Source: Pseudomonadota bacterium
Lineage (GTDB): Bacteria > Pseudomonadota > Alphaproteobacteria > RF32 > CAG-239
Direction of reading: 5' to 3'
DNA: 64,000 nucleotides
Assembly: GCA_918234285.1 (NCBI GenBank)
Contig: CAKJXZ020000028.1
Location: 1 to 64,000 of the forward strand
Shown in pieces: positions 48,421 through 58,153 of this stretch; within the stretch, counting starts at the first letter, position 1; each line of letters opens with the position of its first letter. The position numbers and the translations under genes were made by a program. The notes under the pieces were generated by a model. That model was given only the letters and a program-made list of their open reading frames with translations, was not told where the DNA came from and searched no databases.

Positions 48421-49443
48421 ATGTATCAGGATTTTTACAATAAGAACGACGATTACGTTAATCAATTCAAACAAAAAGTGGCGGAACAGAAAATCGCCAC
48501 TATTGAAGAACGCCGACACGAACTGGCACGTTCGCGCAACAATTTTTTGGGCACTCTGGCCGGAATTATTTTGGCCGGTGTGGTGGCCTGGTTTGTTTTG
48601 GCACCGCAATATAAGCAGGCGCATAAAGATGTACCGACCATTCATCGTCCGGAAACGGCGGTGAAGATTAAGCCGGAAAATCCGGGCGGAATGGATATTC
48701 CGAACCAGGATAAAGATATCTACAATTTGGTGGAAAAGAAGAATGTAGATAACACGGTGGTTGAAAATCTGTTGCCGACGCCTGAACAGCCGAAGTTGCC
48801 GGATATCGTACCGGAAGTAACCGACGTTAATGCCACCAATATTGATGAAATAGTCGATGTAGTGGCCGAAGAAAATTCGGATACGGTTGCCGCTGAAGAT
48901 AAAACCGTTCCGAGCAAGCCGCATGACTTACTTGAGGATGGCAATACCTTAATTAAAGATGTGGTGCAAAAAACCGGAGAAATCGCTAAAAATACGGTAG
49001 ATTCCGCCGAACAGACCGTAGCCACAATCAGCGAGAAAGTTGAATCGGCCGTTACCGAAACCAAAGACAATGCCAAAGAAACCACTAAGGAAACGGTAAA
49101 AGAAGCCGCTAAAGAACCGGTTAAAGAGGCCGAAAAATCCGCAGAAAAGGTAGCCGAAAAGGTTGCGGAAAAACCGGCGATTGTCGCCAACGGCAAATGG
49201 CAGGTTCAATTGGTTGCTTCCAGCAATAAGGCGGCGGTTGAAAAGGTTTGGACCGATTCTTCATCTAAGTATGCCGAAGTTCTGAAGGGCTTGCCGCACG
49301 AAATTCAAAATGTAGATTTGGGCGCCAAAGGCACCATGTACAGACTTCGCGCCGGTAGCTTTGCCGCTAAAGAAGATGCACAGAAAGTATGTAATGCACT
49401 TAAAGCTAAAGGCATGAACGATTGTATCGTTAAAGAGCGCTAA
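48421..49443 (+). CDS. SPOR-domain cell division protein (FtsN-like)
   Basis: TM; K.KPENPGGMDIPNQDK.IY; C-terminal WQVQL...YRLRAG.F...A..VC..LK. Confidence 0.88.
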   Translation: MYQDFYNKNDDYVNQFKQKVAEQKIATIEERRHELARSRNNFLGTLAGIILAGVVAWFVLAPQYKQAHKDVPTIHRPETAVKIKPENPGGMDIPNQDKDIYNLVEKKNVDNTVVENLLPTPEQPKLPDIVPEVTDVNATNIDEIVDVVAEENSDTVAAEDKTVPSKPHDLLEDGNTLIKDVVQKTGEIAKNTVDSAEQTVATISEKVESAVTETKDNAKETTKETVKEAAKEPVKEAEKSAEKVAEKVAEKPAIVANGKWQVQLVASSNKAAVEKVWTDSSSKYAEVLKGLPHEIQNVDLGAKGTMYRLRAGSFAAKEDAQKVCNALKAKGMNDCIVKER

Positions 49444-49446
49444 AAT

Positions 49447-50493
49447 ATGAAAAAGATTTTACCTGCTTTTTTATCTTGTCAGGGCACACGCCTGAGTGAT
49501 GATGAAAAACGTTTGTTTGAACGTTATAATCCGCTTGGCGTATGCCTTTTTGCTAAGTTTTGCGCTAATATTGAAAATGCCACGCAGGTAAAGTCGTTGG
49601 TTGAAGATGTACAAAATGCGACGGGGCGAGATGATGTTTTGATTGCCGTTGATCAAGAAGGTGGCCGGGTGCGTCGTTTAACCGAGCCGGAATTTACATC
49701 GGTGGCTTCGCAACAGGATATCAAAACGCCGCAAGTTGCCAAGCAGCATGCTTATTTAATCAGTCACGATTTGAAAAATTGCGGCATCAACGTCAATTTT
49801 GCTCCGGTGTTGGATACTTTGTATGAGAATACGTCGAATGCGCTTAAAGGTCGCTGTTTTGAAAACAATATCGCCGAACTTGCCAAAGCCATGGTTGATG
49901 AATATATTGCTCAGGGCATATGCCCGTGTATCAAGCATTTGCCGGGGCATGGGCGCGGTGCGGCTGATCCGCATTTGGAGCTACCGGTAATCAACGAGGG
50001 GTTGGCGGAGCTGGAAACGGATTTTGCTCCGTTTATTGCCCTCAATGACACGCCAATGGGAATGGTGGCACATATTGTGTTAAAGGCAGTGGATAAGGAA
50101 TATGCCGCCAGCGTTTCGCCCAAGGTTATTAAGGAAATTATTCGCGGTAAAATCGGCTTTGACGGATTATTGGTTTCTGACGCTGTGATGATGCAGGCTC
50201 TGCACGGCACCATAGCCGAACGTTCTTGTGCCGTGATGGCGGCCGGATGCGATGTGGTTTGTTTGGGTAATGCCGATTTTGCGGCCAATGTCGAAGTTTG
50301 CGAAAGCGGTATCGAAATGAGTGCAAAGGCAATGCAACGATTGGAAAAAATCAGAGAGATAGTCAGAAAAAACGGAGATTTTGCGCAATATGAACATGTT
50401 AAAAATAAATATTGTACTGCGCTAAAAAATATTATATCATACAACTACAATTATGACGCGACGGAGGTTTTAAACCGTCTGCGTAAGGTGTAA
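49447..50493 (+). CDS. nagZ: Beta-N-acetylhexosaminidase (GH3)
   Basis: DQEGGRVRRL, KHLPGHG and D.H.ELP; follows the SPOR gene. Confidence 0.92.
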   Translation: MKKILPAFLSCQGTRLSDDEKRLFERYNPLGVCLFAKFCANIENATQVKSLVEDVQNATGRDDVLIAVDQEGGRVRRLTEPEFTSVASQQDIKTPQVAKQHAYLISHDLKNCGINVNFAPVLDTLYENTSNALKGRCFENNIAELAKAMVDEYIAQGICPCIKHLPGHGRGAADPHLELPVINEGLAELETDFAPFIALNDTPMGMVAHIVLKAVDKEYAASVSPKVIKEIIRGKIGFDGLLVSDAVMMQALHGTIAERSCAVMAAGCDVVCLGNADFAANVEVCESGIEMSAKAMQRLEKIREIVRKNGDFAQYEHVKNKYCTALKNIISYNYNYDATEVLNRLRKV

Positions 50494-50505
50494 AGGAGAA
50501 AAATT

Positions 50506-50925
50506 ATGGGCGGATTTTTTGGTTGGTTTGTGGTTATTGTCGGAGTATTGGCAATCTTTAATGCCGAGAAATTACCTGAATTGCGAGCACTGTTGGAAGA
50601 AAAATTTAAGAACAGCGTAGACGTGGCAAAAGAGGGTTCAAAACTCGCAAAAGACCGGATTAAGCAAGTAAAAACCGAAATGGAAAACAAAAAAAATACC
50701 GAAGAAAAGAAGGAAGCCGAAGATAATACACCGGAAGAAATCGAGGAATCCTTAAAGTTTATGGGTAGCTTTATTAATAAAAATCAAAAAGTCAAAGAAG
50801 CACCGGCCGCTGCGCAACCGGCAGTAAAACCGGCGGTCGCACAAAAGGTTGCGGCAAAAGTCGAAACCAAGGCTCCGGCAACTGTTAAAGAAGACAAGCC
50901 GGTCGATTTAGAAAATCGCTATTAA
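50506..50925 (+). CDS. TatA/TatB-like protein (divergent)
   Basis: N-terminal TM, IFNAEKLPEL hinge, amphipathic helix; located downstream of nagZ, where tat genes often lie. Confidence 0.55.
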   Translation: MGGFFGWFVVIVGVLAIFNAEKLPELRALLEEKFKNSVDVAKEGSKLAKDRIKQVKTEMENKKNTEEKKEAEDNTPEEIEESLKFMGSFINKNQKVKEAPAAAQPAVKPAVAQKVAAKVETKAPATVKEDKPVDLENRY

Positions 50926-51082
50926 TAAAAAAAACAATAAAAAATATCGGGCGAGGCCGTAAAGGCTTCGCTTTTTTGTTGTCGTCAAACAAAATTAAGG
51001 GGATAGATGCAATTCATCATTTGTTTATCCCGAATAAAAATTGTATAAGACTTCTATGTTGAACGAAAACGGAGTATAAAAT

Positions 51083-52390
51083 ATGAAAATAGGTATTATC
51101 GGAACCGGATATGTCGGACTGCCGACCGGTGTCGGCTTGGCGGAGTTGGGTAACGAAGTTGTTTGTGTTGATAAAATTAAAGAAAAAATCGATGATTTAA
51201 AGGCCGGAAAACTTACCATTTACGAAGACGGTTTAGAAGAGCTTTTCAAAAAAAACATCGCGGAAGGGCGCTTGAGTTTCACCACTTCCATGCGTAAAGC
51301 AGTCGAGGGTGCCGATGTAGTTTTGATTGCCGTCGGTACGCCGCCGCACCCGATTACGCACGAAGCCGACATGAAATATATTTATGCCGCCGCCACCGAG
51401 CTTTCCGAACATCTGACCGATTATACCGTTATTGCCACCAAATCGACGGTTCCGGTCGGCACGGGCGACAACATAGAGCAAATTATTCGTTCCAAAAACC
51501 CGACGGCGCGGTTTGATGTGATATCGTTGCCGGAATTTTTGCGCGAAGGTTTTGCCATTCATGACTTCTTTAATCCGGACCGCATTGTTGTCGGTTCCAA
51601 TTCGGAAAAAGCAACCGCGCTGATAAAGGAATTATATGCGCCGTTTGCGGACAAGACCAATATGCTGTTCGTATCGCGTCGCTCCAGCGAAACCATTAAG
51701 TATGCCTCTAACGCTTTTTTGGCGATGAAAATTCACTACATCAACGAAATCGCCAATTTCTGCGAAAAATCCGGTGCCGATATTGCCGAGGTTGCTAAAG
51801 GTATGGGATTGGACAATCGTATCGGCAACCGCTTTTTGAATGCCGGTCTGGGCTTTGGCGGCAGTTGTTTTCCGAAGGACACTATGGCAATGGCCTTTAT
51901 GGGACGTGCCGTCGGTACGCCGATTGAATTGATTGAAACCACCATTGCCGGTAATAAAAAGCGCAAGGAAGATATGGCCGAGCGTGTTCTGGCGGCCGTC
52001 AAACAAATTCCGCATGCCAAGATAGCGATTTGGGGATTGGCGTTCAAAGACGGCACTGACGATTGTCGGCAAAGTCCGGCCATGGACGTGATTGCTGCGC
52101 TGTTGCAGTATAAGACCGACATAACCGCGTATGACCCGAAAGCGATGGGCACGGCATGTCAGCTTTTGGGTGATAAAATTGCCTATGCCGACGATATGTA
52201 CGCGGCGGTAAAAGATGCCGATGTCTTGGTTATTCTAACCGAATGGAAGCAGTTTGCGGCGGCAGATTTAGATGGTTTGGCGCAACTGATGCGCAACAAA
52301 AAAATTTTGGACTTTCGCAATATGCTGAAGCCGGAGGAGGCAATTAAGCGCGGCTTTGAATATCAATGCATCGGTCGCAAGTTTGATTAA
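51083..52390 (+). CDS. ugd: UDP-glucose 6-dehydrogenase
   Basis: GTGYVG, KSTVPVGT, PEFLREG, GFGGSCFPKD and GLAFK..TDD.R.SP. Confidence 0.95.
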   Translation: MKIGIIGTGYVGLPTGVGLAELGNEVVCVDKIKEKIDDLKAGKLTIYEDGLEELFKKNIAEGRLSFTTSMRKAVEGADVVLIAVGTPPHPITHEADMKYIYAAATELSEHLTDYTVIATKSTVPVGTGDNIEQIIRSKNPTARFDVISLPEFLREGFAIHDFFNPDRIVVGSNSEKATALIKELYAPFADKTNMLFVSRRSSETIKYASNAFLAMKIHYINEIANFCEKSGADIAEVAKGMGLDNRIGNRFLNAGLGFGGSCFPKDTMAMAFMGRAVGTPIELIETTIAGNKKRKEDMAERVLAAVKQIPHAKIAIWGLAFKDGTDDCRQSPAMDVIAALLQYKTDITAYDPKAMGTACQLLGDKIAYADDMYAAVKDADVLVILTEWKQFAAADLDGLAQLMRNKKILDFRNMLKPEEAIKRGFEYQCIGRKFD

Positions 52391-52865
52391 TGTTGTCAGC
52401 CGTCGGTTATGCCGGCGGTTTTTTGTAAGTTTTAAGCGTTTTTCACTTGACATGAGCGACTATTTAACTTAATAACTTTTAGAAGCTAATTAAAATAAAT
52501 ACACCTAAAAGTATAATATATTATATGCAAGGGCAGGGCTATGACTAAGAAAATGCGGACAAGATGTCGGTTGCAACCGGTGGGGATTGCGCAAAGTGCG
52601 GACTTTGGCGGAGATTACGTGCCGAGAATACAAACGCATGAGGTACGTTGGTAGCGCTTCGGGGGAACTTATTGGAAACTCTCGCCGTAATAAAAGCGTG
52701 TTGCTTTCGATTCGTGCAAAACAAGCGCGGATTGCTTTTTAATAGCATTCCCAATGTCAACACCGTGATTAAGTAAAAGAAACAAACTGTAACTTTTTGT
52801 GTGTTGCATAAGCTGGGTATTTCTTTTAAGCTGTGGTTATAATAACATTATGAAAGGATACGACC

Positions 52866-53663
52866 ATGGCTAAAATTCATCCTACCGCGATTATCGAAGA
52901 CGGCGCACAAATCGCCCCGACCGCGGAAATCGGCCCGCTTTGTTGGGTAAGTTCGCAGGCAAAAATCGGCGAAAACGTTAAACTTTTGGGGCAGGTAACC
53001 GTTTACGGCAACACCACCATCGGCGAGGGAACAATCGTGTTTCCGGGCGCGCGCTTGGGTTGCGGACCGCAGGACCACGGAAACGAATTTCAGCCGGAAG
53101 CTCGCTTGATTATCGGCAAAAACAATATTATTCGCGAAAACGTTACCATGCATTCCGGCACTCCGAAGGAGCATTTTACCACGGTTGTCGGTGATAACGG
53201 AATGTTTATGATTAACTCGCATATTGCTCACGATTGTGTGGTCGGCAACAATGTAATTATGACCAACAATGCGGTTATCGGCGGCCATGTGCATTTGGGC
53301 GACGGCGTGATTTTGGGCGGCAACTGCGCCGTGCACCAGTTTGTGCACATCGGGCGCAAGGCCATGGTCGGCGGGGTTTCCGGTGTAGCGCGTGATGTCA
53401 TTCCGTTCGGTATCGCCAACGGTATGCCGGCGGCTTTGCGCGGCCTCAACGTAATCGGCATGAGCCGCAGCGGTATTGATGAGGCCACGATCAAGGCTTG
53501 CACCCGCGCCTTTATGTATATTTTCAAGGGCAAGGACGGCACTTTTACCGAGCGTGTGGAAGCAGCGTTTGAAAAGTATAAAGATAACCCGATGGTCATG
53601 GAGCAGCTTGAATTTATTAAAGAATCTCTGGCCGGAAAACGTAATATTACCATTGCCGACTAA
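52866..53663 (+). CDS. lpxA: Acyl-ACP--UDP-N-acetylglucosamine O-acyltransferase
   Basis: IHPTAII, hexapeptide repeats, PQD, HIAHDC, HQF and GLNVIG. Confidence 0.95.
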   Translation: MAKIHPTAIIEDGAQIAPTAEIGPLCWVSSQAKIGENVKLLGQVTVYGNTTIGEGTIVFPGARLGCGPQDHGNEFQPEARLIIGKNNIIRENVTMHSGTPKEHFTTVVGDNGMFMINSHIAHDCVVGNNVIMTNNAVIGGHVHLGDGVILGGNCAVHQFVHIGRKAMVGGVSGVARDVIPFGIANGMPAALRGLNVIGMSRSGIDEATIKACTRAFMYIFKGKDGTFTERVEAAFEKYKDNPMVMEQLEFIKESLAGKRNITIAD

Positions 53664-53674
53664 TAACGGATCAA

Positions 53675-53708
53675 TAAAAGGAGAGGGGGCAAAATGCCCC
53701 CTTTTTTT
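53675..53708. terminator. Bidirectional terminator
   Basis: GAGAGGGGGCA-aaa-TGCCCCCTTTT between convergent genes. Confidence 0.8.
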
Positions 53709-53725
53709 GCGTAAACATGAAATGC

Positions 53726-54463
53726 TTAATAATGTTTGCACTTGAGTTCTTTCTTTAATTCTTTGGTTTGAATGTCTTTGAATGTGTCGTGCCAGACCTG
53801 TTGCTCAGTTTTAAGATATTCTTTATCACCGCGGCGCTCGGCCAAATCTTTGGTTTTATAAAAAGAATCGTAAGAAAAGGAGTGAGTTGTTATTTTTTTG
53901 TTGCGCTTGCCCATATAGCCGACGGAAACGTTCAGACGCGTGTATCCGTCATGATTATCCTGATACAACCCGGCACGCAAAAACGGCCCTACTTGCCGCC
54001 CTTTGGCGTTTTTTACGGCAATACTTACATTGGCGGAAGTGCCGTCGGCAGGGCTGATAACCAGCTGATAATCGGTGTTTTGCACACTTTTCAAAAAGCG
54101 TTTGAGATTGTTGGCAAAATCATTGAGCGCTATATTCAAATACTTCATCAACTGTTTTAATTCTTCGTCTTTGTTAAAGCAATCGTTGATGATTTTCTGT
54201 TCGGCTTTGGGTTGAATAAATTGCGAGTTCAGATGGTATTTGGCTTTGGTGTTATATTTTTTGAAATTATCGCGAATATTCTGAAAACAATACGCCAGCT
54301 TAACCTCCAGCGGATCCGGAGCCGGCACGGTCGGTTGCAACACAATATGTACTGCACCGTCGGCGGCTATATGCGTCTGCGGTGATGACGCGGACACACG
54401 TTTTTTGGCGGCGGTAATTTTATCTGCCACCATGGTAGCCGTTTCTAAATCAGGTTGTACCAT
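53726..54463 (-). CDS. Orphan basic protein
   Basis: 245-aa ORF with SD GGGAG; Lys-rich; no recognised family. Confidence 0.7.
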   Translation of the reverse strand: MVQPDLETATMVADKITAAKKRVSASSPQTHIAADGAVHIVLQPTVPAPDPLEVKLAYCFQNIRDNFKKYNTKAKYHLNSQFIQPKAEQKIINDCFNKDEELKQLMKYLNIALNDFANNLKRFLKSVQNTDYQLVISPADGTSANVSIAVKNAKGRQVGPFLRAGLYQDNHDGYTRLNVSVGYMGKRNKKITTHSFSYDSFYKTKDLAERRGDKEYLKTEQQVWHDTFKDIQTKELKKELKCKHY

Positions 54464-54543
54464 TGCCTTACTCCCATCAATGTTATTGTAGCTTATTTTG
54501 CCGAGTTTGGCAAGTATTTTAAACACAGAAAAAGCACCTGCAT

Positions 54544-55101
54544 TTAAGCACGTGCTTTTTCTGCTTCGTAGAAACGGTCGATGTTGTTGTCTGCCCTATA
54601 TTTGCGGATAGCTCGTTCGTAGATGTCGGCATAATGGGGAGCCCTGTCTTCATCCTTGTCCCGTTCATCAAGTCTTCTCAGTACCAGAGGTAAATCCGAA
54701 TAGTATATGCGGCAACAGGTACAGACGGTCTCGATAAGCTGTCGATACGTACCGGCACCGGCGGCCAGAGCCTTGCGACAAATTTTCATCGCCTGTTCTT
54801 CGGTGTAGGAGTAGCGAGTAAATTCCGCAACCAGAGCCTTTTCGGCAATCTCTGACTGTAGATTTTCAATCAGCATATTCACAGCAGGCTTGCTGAGAAT
54901 GTAATGCTTGCGATACTCAGCCATCCACATCAGCCATTCGTTGGGGTTCTCATCTGAGAGCAGACGTCTTACCAATTCGATTTCCTCTTCCGGAGAGAAC
55001 GCATAAGCATAGGTGTCGGTTGAGCCGCTGAGGGTCTGACCGAATACGGCGGCGGAAAGTTCAACCACACGACCGCTTCTGATAATATTGATAATTTCCA
55101 T
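54544..55101 (-). CDS. Orphan alpha-helical protein
   Basis: Minus-strand TTGACA-17bp-TATGAT promoter at about 55163-55135; A/T-rich SD-less start; inverted repeat 54526-54563 over the stop codon. Confidence 0.7.
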   Translation of the reverse strand: MEIINIIRSGRVVELSAAVFGQTLSGSTDTYAYAFSPEEEIELVRRLLSDENPNEWLMWMAEYRKHYILSKPAVNMLIENLQSEIAEKALVAEFTRYSYTEEQAMKICRKALAAGAGTYRQLIETVCTCCRIYYSDLPLVLRRLDERDKDEDRAPHYADIYERAIRKYRADNNIDRFYEAEKARA

Positions 55102-55191
55102 ATGTAATTTGATAATAATTCCAAAACTCCCCGCATCATAACGCAATATACGGTTTTTGTCAATATGGAAAAATGAAAACGCGGTGTTTTT

Positions 55192-55881
55192 TTACAGACG
55201 ACGATTAATAATTTCGCAAATTCGGATAATTTCTTCTTCGCTCATATGGTGGGTAAGGTCGGCATACGTTTCGATTTTCAGCGGAATATTATGCATTTTC
55301 AGCCATTTTTCGCTCTCTTCCAGGGTTTTGTATTGCACCTTCATATCGTCCCGACCGTGAAACATATAAAGCGACGGCCGCGAGTGAATCTTATATGCTA
55401 ATAAATCGGTGCCGGCCACCAAACCGGACAAGGCAAAGGCGGCTCCCAGTTCGGAACTTCGCGTCAGTGCAGTATAAATTGTCAGCATCGCACCTTGCGA
55501 AAATCCGCATAAAAAGGTGTGCGCATTGTCAATATGGTATTGCTGTTGCATAGTGTCGATAAAATTATTTATCATTTTGGCGCAAGCGTCGATTTCGGTG
55601 GCGGCGGCATTATAAATCGCAAAAATTTCCGCGGTGCTCGTTTCCGGTTGCCTGCGTCGATTCGCCGCATCATATTTCAGCATGCCGTACCATTGGAAGC
55701 GTTGCGGGTCCTTATCACTGATTTCCGGCGCGTGCGGTACAACCAGTACGGTGTCGTGCAAATATTGTTTGAACCAGTCGAGAGCGTATTGATGGTCGGC
55801 CACGGTTCCGTTGTAGCCGTGCAGAAAAATCAGCATTTTTTTCGGGCTTTCGCCGATTATATGAGCATCAAAATCAAGCAT
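55192..55881 (-). CDS. Phospholipase/carboxylesterase (alpha/beta hydrolase)
   Basis: LHGY, GFSQG, HG.DD and C-terminal His. Confidence 0.92.
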   Translation of the reverse strand: MLDFDAHIIGESPKKMLIFLHGYNGTVADHQYALDWFKQYLHDTVLVVPHAPEISDKDPQRFQWYGMLKYDAANRRRQPETSTAEIFAIYNAAATEIDACAKMINNFIDTMQQQYHIDNAHTFLCGFSQGAMLTIYTALTRSSELGAAFALSGLVAGTDLLAYKIHSRPSLYMFHGRDDMKVQYKTLEESEKWLKMHNIPLKIETYADLTHHMSEEEIIRICEIINRRL

Positions 55882-55933
55882 TCTTACCTCATCGCCGCGT
55901 ATTATACACGTTGAGAGTTAAAAAAAAGTTCAT

Positions 55934-55964
55934 AAAAAAACTCCCGAGCGATTAAACTCGGGAG
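55934..55964 (-). terminator. Intrinsic terminator
   Basis: CTCCCGAG/CTCGGGAG with an A-run on its left. Confidence 0.8.
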
Positions 55965-55998
55965 GGGAATAGTTAGTTTAACTGTTCAGTTAGAGCCT

Positions 55999-56124
55999 TC
56001 ACAGGCTATCGTCCAGGTCTTCCTCGCGTTTGCGAGGCAGGCGGCCGTTTTCGAGGGGCCGTTTTTCTGAAGCTGCCCGGCGCGAAGGATTCTTGCCGAG
56101 CAAATCATCTGCTTTTTGATTCAT
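55999..56124 (-). CDS. Putative 41-aa charged peptide (not in the ORF track)
   Basis: Translated by hand: MNQKADDLLGKNPSRRAASEKRPLENGRLPRKREEDLDDSL; A-rich SD-less start; lies between a hairpin and the terminator. Confidence 0.45.
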   Translation of the reverse strand: MNQKADDLLGKNPSRRAASEKRPLENGRLPRKREEDLDDSL

Positions 56125-56184
56125 ACTTTTCTTTTTTTAGTGGCCGCGGACATCGTCATTAAAGACCGATGCCCGCGCCTGATG

Positions 56185-56862
56185 TTAGAGTTTCCAGTTT
56201 ACCTTCAAAACGGCGATTGCGTCGTCACACTTCAATGCCTTGACTTGCTTATCCAGAGTCTTGGAGTTAGTGTCATAACGCTGACCGTTTGATACGCCAT
56301 CGGCATCGAACATCTGCCAGCCCTTAGCATCCTTTACCAGAACGGCCATGTGCGGGTCGTTCTTGACGATAAGGACACGTTCGAACTTGCGCGGAGCCAG
56401 ACCGCGGAGATCAATGGTGGCAGCGCCCCACTTTCCTTCCTGGCACATAAACACGATGTCATCGATCAGTTTGATATCCTCAAACGGACCAAACGTCGAT
56501 GACGTGCCGATCTTCCAGAGCATTTTCTTGCCATCCGCCTTGATGTATGCATACTCAGTATTGCCTACAACGGGTTCGACTGCCTCGATGTTGATACCGC
56601 TGGCAATAACCGAACTGTTCACGACGATTGAAGTCAGGTCACCGGTCTTGGCAAACACGGCCTTGTTGACGGTGTCTTCGACAATCTCATCGAACTCGGG
56701 CGCCAACACGACACTTCCTCCTTCGCTCTTCAATCCATACTTGCCATTGGCTTCAGTCAACTCATAGTCGCCGACTTTCTTCACCTCTTTGTTCGAGCAC
56801 GATGTAAAACTGACTGCTGCCACAGCTATCGCTGCTGCAACAAAAAATAATACTTTCTTCAT
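56185..56862 (-). CDS. Bacteroidota-style lipoprotein with WG-repeat-like units
   Basis: MKKVLFFVAAAIAVAAVSFTS|C; NGKYGL...G.VVL.P.FD.I and EGKWGA; promoter TTGACA-17bp-TAGATT at 56965-56937; no SD. Confidence 0.8.
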   Translation of the reverse strand: MKKVLFFVAAAIAVAAVSFTSCSNKEVKKVGDYELTEANGKYGLKSEGGSVVLAPEFDEIVEDTVNKAVFAKTGDLTSIVVNSSVIASGINIEAVEPVVGNTEYAYIKADGKKMLWKIGTSSTFGPFEDIKLIDDIVFMCQEGKWGAATIDLRGLAPRKFERVLIVKNDPHMAVLVKDAKGWQMFDADGVSNGQRYDTNSKTLDKQVKALKCDDAIAVLKVNWKL

Positions 56863-57058
56863 TTGCTTTGATTTTTGAAAATAAAACAATATTTGAAAAC
56901 TAACACTAATATTCACAATAGTTGTAAAACATACTCAATCTAACGTATTTTGTAAATTTTGTCAAGCTAAAAATAAAAATTTGTGTAAAAATTTTGCTTT
57001 GCGGCAAAAAAAACTTGATTTATCCAAAATATTATAATAGTTATATGTTGTTTTGAAT

Positions 57059-57144
57059 GCGGCCATGGCGGAATTGGTAGACGCGTAACGTTGAGGTCGT
57101 TATGAGCTAAGCTCGTGGAAGTTCAAGTCTTCTTGGCCGCACCA
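57059..57144 (+). tRNA. tRNA-Leu(GAG)
   Basis: Acceptor GCGGCCA/TGGCCGC; anticodon arm TAACG-TTGAGGT-CGTTA; variable arm; GTTCAAGT; ACCA end. Confidence 0.97.
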
Positions 57145-57191
57145 ATTCAAAACTGACTTTGAAAATTTGTGCATCAAAGGAGAGCTTAATA

Positions 57192-58145
57192 ATGCTGCGT
57201 ATTTATAAAACGGAAGACGGCGGAAAACTTGTTAAGCTCAAAAGATTCGGTAAAGTTACCCAAGCCTGGTTCAGTTTGACCAATCCTACCGCCAGCGAAA
57301 TCAGTAAAGTTTCGTCGCTGCTCGCGGTCGATTCGGATATTTTGCGCAACTCTTTGGATGCCGATGAACGTTCGCGAGTTGAATTAGACGAAGGGGTATT
57401 CTCCACCATCGTGAACTTGCCGTTGTTGGATGAAGACGGTAACTTTGATACGTTGCCGTGCGGCTTGGTGTTCAGCGGCGAAAACTTTTTGACGATTTGT
57501 TCCAAAGATAATCGTATTTTAAGCTCCTTTAACAAAAACACAGCCAAGAGTTTTGATACGCGTGAGCGCACCAAGTTTATGCTTTCGATTCTTTATAAAA
57601 TCACGCAGTTTTATTTGCGCTACTTGGCGATAATTAATCGCAAAACCGAGCATATTGAAGATTCGCTCAAACAAACCACGCACAACGAGGAACTTTTCCA
57701 GCTGATGGAAATTCAGAAATCTCTGGTGTACTTCACTACCGCTTTGCGCGATAACCAACTGGTTTTGGAAAAGATTCTGCGTATGACCAAATCGCCGGCC
57801 AGCTCAAAATATTTAGCCTTTACCGAAGATGACACCGATTTGTTGGAAGACGTTATCGTGGAAAATAAACAGGCTATCGAAATGGTGGATATGCACCGCT
57901 CGATTTTGGAAGGCATGATGGATGGTTTTGCCTCGATTATCAACAATAACTTAAACCAGATTATGAAGTTTTTGGCCGCCATTACGATTGTGCTTTCGAT
58001 TCCGACTATGCTCGGCACTTTTTGGGGAATGAACGTCGGCGTGCCGTTTTTGAATGAAACCGTCGGTTTTGGTGTGGTGATAGCGCTGTCGTTGCTGGCA
58101 ACTTTGGTGGTGATTTTATATTTCCGCAAAAAGGGAATGTTTTAG
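57192..58145 (+). CDS. corA: CorA-family magnesium transporter
   Basis: LD.DERSR, KSLVYF, NNNLNQIMK and WGMNV. Confidence 0.93.
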   Translation: MLRIYKTEDGGKLVKLKRFGKVTQAWFSLTNPTASEISKVSSLLAVDSDILRNSLDADERSRVELDEGVFSTIVNLPLLDEDGNFDTLPCGLVFSGENFLTICSKDNRILSSFNKNTAKSFDTRERTKFMLSILYKITQFYLRYLAIINRKTEHIEDSLKQTTHNEELFQLMEIQKSLVYFTTALRDNQLVLEKILRMTKSPASSKYLAFTEDDTDLLEDVIVENKQAIEMVDMHRSILEGMMDGFASIINNNLNQIMKFLAAITIVLSIPTMLGTFWGMNVGVPFLNETVGFGVVIALSLLATLVVILYFRKKGMF

Positions 58146-58153
58146 AAAAATAC

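Noticed and set aside
49020-49180. KE/EKVA repeats in the SPOR protein, and acidic repeats in RodZ
   Set aside because: These are ordinary low-complexity periplasmic linkers for these families.
9530-53741. Long antisense ORFs (9530-10315, 24969-25718, 28059-28688, 43978-44892, 52848-53741)
   Set aside because: They are shadow frames opposite well-supported genes, explained by codon bias.
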